The notes below the pieces were generated by a model. It did no database searches. It saw only the letters and a program-made list of their open reading frames with translations, and was not told where the DNA came from. The translations under genes and the position numbers were made by a program. From the NCBI GenBank assembly GCA_040905005.1, contig JBBDSI010000008.1:21360-65119 (forward strand): a stretch of DNA of 43,760 nucleotides. Reading direction: 5' to 3'. This stretch comes from Pseudohongiellaceae bacterium. GTDB taxonomy: Bacteria > Pseudomonadota > Gammaproteobacteria > Pseudomonadales > Pseudohongiellaceae. Shown piece by piece: positions 36,727-43,760 of this stretch (positions are counted from its first letter, which is position 1; every line of letters starts with the position of its first letter).

Positions 36727-39700
36727 ATGGCCAATAACAAGAAAAAAGATAACCAGGGTTCGAGCAGTCAGGTTGAGCCCTTGACAAAGATAAAAGGCAC
36801 TAATGCTGACGACATCCTGTCGGGTGGTGACGGCGACGAAAAAATTGAAGGCGGCAAGGGCAACGATAACATTTTCGGCGGTGCCGGAAACGATGAGATA
36901 AAAGGTGGTAGCGGCAACGACATAGTCAATGGAGGCAGCGGCAATGATGATGTCGATGGTGGTCAGGGTGATGACCTGGCGATCTTTAACGTCGCGGAGA
37001 ACACAGCGAGCGACAATACATACGACGGTGGCGCGGGCATAGATACGCTCCTGCTGGAAATGACGCGGGAAGAATGGATGCGCGATGATATTCAGCAGGA
37101 TATCGCCAACGTCCTCCAGTTCATTTCAGAAAAGAGCAATCCTTCCGGGCAAGCCAACGCCAATACCTTTAATTTCCAGGCTTTCGATCTGGAAATTCGC
37201 CGCTTCGAGAGCCTCAGGGTCACTGTAGACGGTGTTGAGCTTGACCCCGTTGATGAGCCCGTCACTGCGAACGACAGTAGCAGTTCTACCTCTGGGGAGC
37301 ATGATCCGGTTTCCGGCAATGTTTTAGACAATGATGATGTCCCCGATCTGGTGCGCTCGGTGGCTCTTATTACTCCGCCAACAAAAGGTGAGCTCACTTT
37401 TAATGATGACGGCGGCTTTACCTATGAGCCAGGCGATGAATTCGACTATCTGGCCGAAGGGGAGAAAGAAAGGGTTTCCTTTACTTACCGGGTAGTCGAT
37501 GCCGATCATGACGAGGACACCGCAACCGTTAGCATCGATATTACTGGTACCAATGACGCGCCCATCGCGAATCCGGATGCTGGCACTTCGCAGGAAAACA
37601 GCGCCATATCAGTAGATGTGCTGGCCAACGATACCGACGTGGATACCAGTGACACGCACACTGTGATCCAGGCTGCCATCGCCAGCGGCGCCGGTACGGT
37701 TGCCATTGTAGACAACAGGCTTGAGTGGACCCCGGGAACTGATTACGACTATCTGGCTCTGGGCGAGGAGGCGACCGTTGTCATTGATTACAGCGTCAGT
37801 GATAACCATGGAGGTATCGATTCCTCAACGCTTACTCTGACAATCACTGGCTCAAATGATGGGCCGGTTGCCAATGTGGATAGCGGTAATACCGAAGAAA
37901 ATACGGTCCTTTCGGTAGATGTATTGGCCAACGATACCGACGTGGATACCAGCGACACCCACACGGTCGATAAAGCCACGATTGCCAGCGGACTGGGCGC
38001 AGTGGCAATTGTCGACAATCAGATTGAATGGTCTCCGCGTAGCGACTACGACTACCTGGCAGTGGGTGAGTCAGCGCAAGTCGTGATCGACTATACCATG
38101 AGTGACAATCACTCATCAGAAGCTTCTTCAATCCTCACCATTACCGTAACTGGCAGTAACGATGCGCCGATCGCTGTCGCTGATACCGCCAGTCTTGGCG
38201 AGAACGCGGCTGTCACTATTGATGCGCTGGCCAACGATACTGATGTGGATGCCAGCGATACCCATACGATTACCTCAGCAAGCATTGCTAGCGGGCTCGG
38301 TGCGGTCAGTGTGCAGAACAATACCCTGGTGTGGAGTCCGGCGGAAATGACCGCGCCTGGGGCCGGGGGGGCGTCGAGCCTTGACGGGCTGGAAATTTCG
38401 CCTTCTGTATACGACTACCTGCCCGAAGGCGAATCAGCAACCGTATTGGTGGATTACGCGATAAGCGACGGCAACGGTGGTGTGTCAGCCTCCACGGCAA
38501 CAATTACTGTCAATGGTGAAAACGATGCGCCCACTGTCGTAGCCGTAGAAATGCAGAGTGTCAGTGAGCAGGATGAGGTATTCGATGTAGACCTGTTGGC
38601 AAGTGCCAACGATGTCGATAGCACAGCTGTCCTCACTGCGATAAATGTGAGTGAGAAAGAAGGTAAAGGTGGATGGACGGTCAATGGCAATACGCTCACT
38701 ATTGATCCCGACTACTACGACAGTCTGAACAATGGTGAATCAGAGACACTCTCAATTAACTATCAGATTAGCGACGAGTTTGGCGCCACAGTGGATCAAA
38801 CTCTCGATTACACCATCGAGGGATTTACCGATGCGCCGGATCTGGATGTCGAGCTGGCTGACAGTCAAACCCTGATTAATGGCATCAATATTGTCATCAA
38901 CGTGAAGCCCGCGGCCGAGGAAGAAGTCAACCTCAGTTTTGCCAATGTTCCTGCTGGCGCCACGATCATGTATCAGGGCAAGGATGTTGCAGCGTCCGGC
39001 ATCATCAATGCACTTCCAACACTGCAGGTCTTGTTGGTGCTTGCTCCTGATGCCGACGCCGACACAGACCTGCAGATAATTGCCACTGGCGTGGATGATC
39101 AAGGCCTCCAGGTCGGTGATACGGCCGTTGAACCACTGGATGTTAAATATTCGGCAAGCACGAAAACGGATTCGCTCTCATTCACTGCTGTAGATCAGGG
39201 TATGTGGAGTGCCGGCGCTGCCCCCCAGATCGGCTGGCATGAATACATTCCCTTCGTCGGAACAGAGACAGAAGCCTGGACCAGCGGCAAATTCAACCTT
39301 GTTGATATCAGTCTTAATTCAGACAGCATCGCGGCTGACCTGTTAAGTTTCTTTCAGGATGCACTGGATCTGGCGACGGGCGAGCAACAGGTGGCTCAGG
39401 GCAACCGGGACCAGACCGTAGCAGACAGAGACACGGCTTACAAAAAGGCCGTACATGTAGATGCTGTAGTTGCCGCCAAGAATGACTATAACCTGAAGGA
39501 TGGCATCTATCAGACCGCCCATATTGCCTGGAGGGCCGCACAGGATCTCGCCGACGGTGCCAGTGACAACTCCGATGCCGATGCGGCAACTCTTGCTGAA
39601 GCGCAGGATCATCTGGCGACATTGCAGTCACAGCGCTCTGCCCTGGAGGTTGACGCCAGAATTTCCTGGAGTGTTTGGGTGCCCACACCCGTGTGGGATG

Positions 39701-42024
39701 ATCCCTTTAAGGGCTACTGGCAGACATTCCACGGCCACGATCCAATCAAGTATGCTCTGGTTCTCGCCAAGGATGTTGAAATTGCAGCGCAAAAAACCGC
39801 TATCTATTTTATTGAGCTTGAAGCTTCTGGAACTGAAGCGGTCGAGGGTGCCTTACAGGACGCCGCCGATCTTCTGCTGCCAGCCAGGAATGAGGCGCTG
39901 GCAAACAGGACTGCCGCCGCTAATCATTTAGATGCTCTGGAAGCCGATATGCACGATGACGGTTTTTATGTTGGCACGAACGTAGATTCCTTCACGGTTG
40001 CTGCCGCCTGGACGGAAGTTGCTGCAAAGACAACGGCTATAGGAGTTACTGAGGGGATATTGGCTACTGCAAAAGCCGCTACAGCTTTGGCTCAGGCTGC
40101 GGTAGATGCCGCTCAGGGTGTGATTGACACAACTGACTTTAATGCCGATTTCTCCTTCGACTTAGAACTTCATGCAAAAGTCGGGCTGCAGATAGACTTC
40201 GCGCTGGATACGGGCTCGGTAGATGCATCAGCTTCCTACGACCTCCAAACCCAGACCCAGCACAACCTGACTACCGATACTCTGCTTATCACGCCAATGC
40301 TGGTTAACCTGGTAACCGGCGACAGTGTCGCCTTCAGCACAGTCAGCCCGAATGTACAATTCTATGCCGGCATTCTCTACGATGTGGGCGCCGACATAGA
40401 CATGTTTGTCGATGCCGCCTTCGCTGTCGGTGGCACTTCTCTATTTGATATTTCCGGTGATGATGATGGTATTCGTATACAGGAAAGCTTCGGTATGGAC
40501 GGTGTCATTACCCTGATTGATTTTGACTCCAGCGATGTCGGGCCGGTCAAGATGCCGTTTATCGAAAGTATGACCGAGGGTATTGTCAGCGTTTCCACGA
40601 ATATTCCCAACATCGCGACCCAGGGCACCGCCGCGCCTTTCAGCACCAGCTACTTCCAGGAGGGCGATCTGCTCAATGTTGATTTCTCTGAAATCAGTAG
40701 CGCCTTCTTTAACTTTATCGAAGCCGGCATTGATTTTAGCCCGGAGATAAAAGCCGCTTTTAGCAGCCTGGGAGACATCGACCCCGGTAGCACCGGCTTC
40801 GATGCCGTTATGGGAGCGGTCGGTGATGTATTGGCCGGAATCTGGGATGTTCTAAATGGCACGGCAGACACTGATGGTGATGGGGTGGTTCCGATCTTCC
40901 TGTTGGATGCCACCGACGAAACGTCAGCCTCGTTACTGCACCTGAATCTGGTACCCGACGACCTGTCCGGTATCGACGTTGATTCTGGCAGTCTGGGCTT
41001 TTATGTGTCTTATGGTGAAAGCGCTCCTGTGGTCCAAGTGTCGATTGACATCGACCAGTTCGTGGCGCTGGTAGCAAACCTTGCAGTGGGCAATACCTCG
41101 GGGGAAATCATTAACCCACTGGTCAAGGAATACGGTCTTGATGCGATCATGAACCTCGCTGATGTTCCTGTCGCTACGGCCGATGAAATCAAGAAATATG
41201 TGAATGCCAGCTACACATTTGAGTATGCGGATGTCGATGCGTCGACCGGATGGAGTTTCAAGCAGGAATTCACCCTGTCGATAGACGATATGTTGTACAC
41301 GCTTGAACTTGAAGACGGGACTTCATTCCTGTTTGCTGCCAATGACTCAAATCCCACGCTGGAAATCGACGATATCAGTCAGTACGACGCCAACGGTGAC
41401 GGCAACGTGAATTATTCCCTGAACCTGGTCCCTGAAGCCATGTTCTCCAACGACACTGAGTTGGGCATGAGTATTGGCTACACTCTGGATTTTCTGAAAG
41501 CGAATCTGGCCGCCGGCCTGAAAATACCGCTGGCCGATATTTTTGGAGTCCAGGGCGCTCCGGCCATTCCGATCCCGCTTTTGAATCTAAAGCTTGGGCC
41601 GCTTCTGCGAGTGAAAGGAGATCTTGATGTTCTCGATGTTGATGTCTTCGAGAATCGTTTTGCCTTCGATCTGGGTAATGCAACCACTAATGGTGGTATT
41701 TCGGTGATCGACGATGTTATCAATGGCACCCTTGACGATGACATCCTTGTTGGTAACGAAGGTAATGACATTTTCAACGGCGCTGGCGGTAACGACCTTT
41801 TCATCTTCGCAGCAAACCATGGTAGTGATGTGATCAATGACTTCAACGCCGGTGATGTCATCGATCTGGCAGCGGTCGGCATCTTCAACTCACCCACTGA
41901 GGCTCAACTGGCGGCGATCGATGACGTCAACGGTCATGCCAATATCGATCTGGGCGGTGGCAATGACATTACCCTGGTTGGTGTTGCCGCCGCCAGTCTC
42001 GCACCGGAAAGCTTTGTAGTTTAG
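36727..42024 (+). CDS. 1765-aa RTX-type, cadherin/VCBS-repeat putative adhesin (type I secretion substrate)
   Basis: There is no signal peptide. N-terminal GGxGxD nonapeptides span aa 30-85 (GGDGDEKIEGGKGNDNIFGGAGNDEIKGGSGNDIVNGGSGNDDVDGGQGDD). Five modules of about 100 aa span aa ~176-700 (TGxNDAP.A..D....EN....VDVLANDTDVD.SDTHT......ASG.G.V......L.W.P...YDYL..GE.A.V.IDY..SD). A long non-repetitive region follows. The C-terminus has RTX repeats plus a secretion-signal-like tail (GTLDDDILVGNEGNDIFNGAGGNDLFIF...DVINDFNAGDVIDL). Confidence 0.9.
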   Translation: MANNKKKDNQGSSSQVEPLTKIKGTNADDILSGGDGDEKIEGGKGNDNIFGGAGNDEIKGGSGNDIVNGGSGNDDVDGGQGDDLAIFNVAENTASDNTYDGGAGIDTLLLEMTREEWMRDDIQQDIANVLQFISEKSNPSGQANANTFNFQAFDLEIRRFESLRVTVDGVELDPVDEPVTANDSSSSTSGEHDPVSGNVLDNDDVPDLVRSVALITPPTKGELTFNDDGGFTYEPGDEFDYLAEGEKERVSFTYRVVDADHDEDTATVSIDITGTNDAPIANPDAGTSQENSAISVDVLANDTDVDTSDTHTVIQAAIASGAGTVAIVDNRLEWTPGTDYDYLALGEEATVVIDYSVSDNHGGIDSSTLTLTITGSNDGPVANVDSGNTEENTVLSVDVLANDTDVDTSDTHTVDKATIASGLGAVAIVDNQIEWSPRSDYDYLAVGESAQVVIDYTMSDNHSSEASSILTITVTGSNDAPIAVADTASLGENAAVTIDALANDTDVDASDTHTITSASIASGLGAVSVQNNTLVWSPAEMTAPGAGGASSLDGLEISPSVYDYLPEGESATVLVDYAISDGNGGVSASTATITVNGENDAPTVVAVEMQSVSEQDEVFDVDLLASANDVDSTAVLTAINVSEKEGKGGWTVNGNTLTIDPDYYDSLNNGESETLSINYQISDEFGATVDQTLDYTIEGFTDAPDLDVELADSQTLINGINIVINVKPAAEEEVNLSFANVPAGATIMYQGKDVAASGIINALPTLQVLLVLAPDADADTDLQIIATGVDDQGLQVGDTAVEPLDVKYSASTKTDSLSFTAVDQGMWSAGAAPQIGWHEYIPFVGTETEAWTSGKFNLVDISLNSDSIAADLLSFFQDALDLATGEQQVAQGNRDQTVADRDTAYKKAVHVDAVVAAKNDYNLKDGIYQTAHIAWRAAQDLADGASDNSDADAATLAEAQDHLATLQSQRSALEVDARISWSVWVPTPVWDDPFKGYWQTFHGHDPIKYALVLAKDVEIAAQKTAIYFIELEASGTEAVEGALQDAADLLLPARNEALANRTAAANHLDALEADMHDDGFYVGTNVDSFTVAAAWTEVAAKTTAIGVTEGILATAKAATALAQAAVDAAQGVIDTTDFNADFSFDLELHAKVGLQIDFALDTGSVDASASYDLQTQTQHNLTTDTLLITPMLVNLVTGDSVAFSTVSPNVQFYAGILYDVGADIDMFVDAAFAVGGTSLFDISGDDDGIRIQESFGMDGVITLIDFDSSDVGPVKMPFIESMTEGIVSVSTNIPNIATQGTAAPFSTSYFQEGDLLNVDFSEISSAFFNFIEAGIDFSPEIKAAFSSLGDIDPGSTGFDAVMGAVGDVLAGIWDVLNGTADTDGDGVVPIFLLDATDETSASLLHLNLVPDDLSGIDVDSGSLGFYVSYGESAPVVQVSIDIDQFVALVANLAVGNTSGEIINPLVKEYGLDAIMNLADVPVATADEIKKYVNASYTFEYADVDASTGWSFKQEFTLSIDDMLYTLELEDGTSFLFAANDSNPTLEIDDISQYDANGDGNVNYSLNLVPEAMFSNDTELGMSIGYTLDFLKANLAAGLKIPLADIFGVQGAPAIPIPLLNLKLGPLLRVKGDLDVLDVDVFENRFAFDLGNATTNGGISVIDDVINGTLDDDILVGNEGNDIFNGAGGNDLFIFAANHGSDVINDFNAGDVIDLAAVGIFNSPTEAQLAAIDDVNGHANIDLGGGNDITLVGVAAASLAPESFVV
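37537..38826 (+). repeat. In-frame tandem coding repeats with a 303-nt period (cadherin/VCBS-like modules 2-5 of the giant gene)
   Basis: The block tggccaacgata(c/t)(c/t)ga(c/t)gtggat(a/g)ccag recurs at 37622, 37925 and 38228, an exact 303-nt spacing. Module 4 carries an insertion (AEMTAPGAGGASSLDGLEISPS) and module 5 is more divergent. Confidence 0.9.
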
Positions 42025-42045
42025 GCCGTTATGATCTTGACTTTG

Positions 42046-42073
42046 CTGCCGGGGTGAATTTTCACCCCGGCAG
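42046..42073. terminator. Perfect 13-bp-arm hairpin between the convergent giant gene and fic; a bidirectional terminator
   Basis: ctgccggggtgaa (42046-42058) pairs with ttcaccccggcag (42061-42073). It lies 22 nt after the TAG at 42022-42024. Confidence 0.7.
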
Positions 42074-42135
42074 TCAACTCAGGAAGCAGAGAAATCTATA
42101 CCTATTGCCAGGAAATGTATAAAAAATAGAAAAAT

Positions 42136-43365
42136 CTATTCCGGAAACAACCCGGGCAACCACTCGTGGGCCAGGGTGGCCGGAAAGGCGAGGCGCAGCG
42201 GTGTTTTCGTGGTCTCGGAGACGATGACGTCCCGCGCCATCAGGCTTGAGACGACGCGGCGAGCCTGCCGATCCGACACATCGAGCAGAGACGGCAGCTC
42301 GCCGCGCGGCAGTTCCCCGCGATAAAGAAGCGCCTCCATAACTTTTACGGATCTCTCCAGGAGACGGCCTTTCCCGGTCTCGTTCGCGGTCCACTGTAAT
42401 ATCCGTTCGCGCAAGCGCTCGGGTTGCGCCAGTGTTTCCATGAACGCGACCTGGTCAATGCAGGTGGTGAGGAAATAGCGCGTGAATTCAACCAGGGCTT
42501 CCTCGCTCAGATTGCCGCGGCCATCGAGGTCATTGCGACGGGGCAGGTCGCATTCGGCGAGCCTGCGCCTGTATTCTTCCACCGAGCGTGCGAGGCCCCG
42601 GGACACCGACCAGATCGACCCGGTATCCAGGGTCTCGCGCAGGACCGCATGGGACATCAGGCGGGCGACGCGGCCATTGCCGTCCAGAAACGGGTGTATC
42701 CACGCCAGGCGGTGATGCATCGCGCCGGTGGCGATGAGCATCTCGGCTATGCCAAGCCCGGTGAAGACTTCCTCGAACCTTGTCAGGAAGCGGGGAATCG
42801 CAGCGGGGCTGACTGGCACGTGTCGTCCCACCTGCACATCACGCTCCCTGAATTCGCCGGGAACGACCTCGAGTTCCTCGCCCGTGTCGGGGTCGCTGAT
42901 GATCAGTAGTTCTGCTGGAAGCTCCGCGCAGAAGCGGCGGTGAATCTCCCGGATGCCGTCGCTTGTGATAACGGTGCCGGCATCCAGCCCGCCCTCGTCG
43001 ATCCAGCGCTGCACATTGATATGGGCTTTGGCTTCCAGCTGCAGATTCCGTTTCTCTCTGCACTGGCTGTAGTCGTTCTTGAGTGCCCGTTCTATATCGA
43101 CAGGGTGGGTGTCATGACCCTCGATGAGATTGCTGTAGTAGCAGTTCATTGCCCGCACCAGCGTGGCCAGTGAGCCGGCGACCGGGTCCGGCAGTCGGCT
43201 CCTGAAGGCGGCGGATCCCCGGGCCAGTTGCAGCGCCAGGTCGGTGAGTTCGCCGCGCTGACGCGCGCCCTCGGCCAGCTTGACCGGCTCCATCAGTGCC
43301 AGGTCTTCGCGTCGGTCCGGGACGGCCTTGTCTGCCGCTTTTTTGTCCGCTTTAGGTGATGCCAT
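42136..43365 (-). CDS. Fic-family protein (class II, with an N-terminal inhibitory helix and a C-terminal winged-helix region)
   Basis: The ATG is at 43365; the listed TTG is at 43374. The catalytic motif HPFLDGNGRVARL fits HxFx(D/E)GNGRxxR completely. An upstream YYSNLIEGH fits the (S/T)xxxE(G/N) auto-inhibition motif. The C-terminal region of about 90 aa (LPSLLDVSDRQARRVVSSLMARDVI) looks like a wHTH. Confidence 0.9.
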   Translation of the reverse strand: MASPKADKKAADKAVPDRREDLALMEPVKLAEGARQRGELTDLALQLARGSAAFRSRLPDPVAGSLATLVRAMNCYYSNLIEGHDTHPVDIERALKNDYSQCREKRNLQLEAKAHINVQRWIDEGGLDAGTVITSDGIREIHRRFCAELPAELLIISDPDTGEELEVVPGEFRERDVQVGRHVPVSPAAIPRFLTRFEEVFTGLGIAEMLIATGAMHHRLAWIHPFLDGNGRVARLMSHAVLRETLDTGSIWSVSRGLARSVEEYRRRLAECDLPRRNDLDGRGNLSEEALVEFTRYFLTTCIDQVAFMETLAQPERLRERILQWTANETGKGRLLERSVKVMEALLYRGELPRGELPSLLDVSDRQARRVVSSLMARDVIVSETTKTPLRLAFPATLAHEWLPGLFPE

Positions 43366-43674
43366 AAAGCGCAATATATCAGTGGGTTAGTAATTATTAA
43401 AGGTTTTTTATGTCCGCTTTCACGTCCGAGTCCGGTCGCCGATTACGGCCGTTTTTATGACCGGTTCAAAATATCAATAAAAACTATATAAAACAATTAG
43501 ATACTATTTATATTGTCGCGCAAATGGCCGGGTTTATGTCTGGATGGCGGGTCTCAGGTAATCCTTATCGTCAACGGCCGTGAAGGGGTTCTAGTGGAGC
43601 GACTACTCGAAGGATCGGGGAAAGGTTTACGAGCAGCGATACTCAACTAGACTTAAATTAATGGGCTGGAAAGT

Positions 43675-43702
43675 AATAGGGCAGCCCAAGGGCTGCCCTA
43701 TT
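43675..43702 (-). terminator. Perfect hairpin immediately downstream of the tRNA gene
   Basis: aatagggcagccc (43675-43687) pairs with gggctgccctatt (43690-43702). It begins 10 nt after the tRNA 3' end in the minus-strand direction. The trailing T-tract is weak (ACTTTCC). Confidence 0.5.
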
Positions 43703-43712
43703 AAATAAAAGA

Positions 43713-43760
43713 TGGTAGCTATGGCTGGACTTGAACCAGCGACCCCAGCATTATGAATGC
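43713..43760 (-). tRNA. tRNA with anticodon CAT (elongator Met or lysidine-modified Ile2), 3' two-thirds only; the 5' part lies beyond the window edge
   Basis: The reverse complement reads gca|TTCATAA|tgctg-gggtc-GCTGG-TTCAAGT-CCAGC-catagct-A-CCA. That gives an anticodon loop with CAT, a 5-nt variable loop, a canonical T arm (GGTTCAAGTCC), the acceptor 3' strand, a discriminator A and an encoded CCA. The anticodon stem does not end in the three G-C pairs typical of initiator tRNA. Confidence 0.85.

Overview
This is a GC-rich, gammaproteobacterial-type chromosomal segment with recognisable homologs of bax, mtfA, pilU, oprC and hspQ. I call about 36 protein genes, one truncated tRNA-Met(CAT) at the right edge, several hairpin terminators and one well-defined sigma-54 promoter region. 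No rRNA, CRISPR array, transposase or integrase is visible. Most genes are housekeeping or envelope functions: a form-II CoxL-like molybdoenzyme, an M90 peptidase, an esterase, an amidohydrolase, a Na/Pi transporter, a peroxiredoxin and a copper TonB receptor. Four regions deserve attention. (1) At 15.9-23.5 kb, a soluble histidine kinase and a divergent sigma-54 enhancer-binding response regulator sit next to a 4-gene operon. The operon encodes a small Cys-pair beta-sandwich subunit, a tandem two-domain subunit, a PapD-like chaperone and a TcfC-like usher. It is preceded by a near-consensus -24/-12 promoter and repeated TGATAC motifs. This divergent chaperone-usher-type surface-fibre system is my best candidate for the undescribed system. 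(2) At 13.9-15.9 kb, a prolyl-4-hydroxylase-like 2OG-Fe(II) oxygenase and a Gnt1-like GlcNAc transferase converge and overlap by 30 nt, next to an orphan pilU. The pairing recalls the protist Skp1 hydroxyproline-GlcNAc pathway. (3) At 34.9-43.7 kb, a visibly lower-GC block next to the tRNA carries an AraC regulator, a 1765-aa protein with RTX blocks at both termini and a class-II Fic enzyme. The 1765-aa protein has five 303-nt-period cadherin/VCBS-like repeats and roughly 860 aa of unrecognisable sequence. (4) Smaller oddities include an exported triple-CMD protein, a Met-rich periplasmic orphan and an Nramp homolog lacking all canonical metal ligands. There are also a 45-aa Cys-rich miniprotein and a nucleotidyltransferase/small-ORF pair with overlapping genes. 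All functional calls rest on motif recognition by eye. No database search was run.
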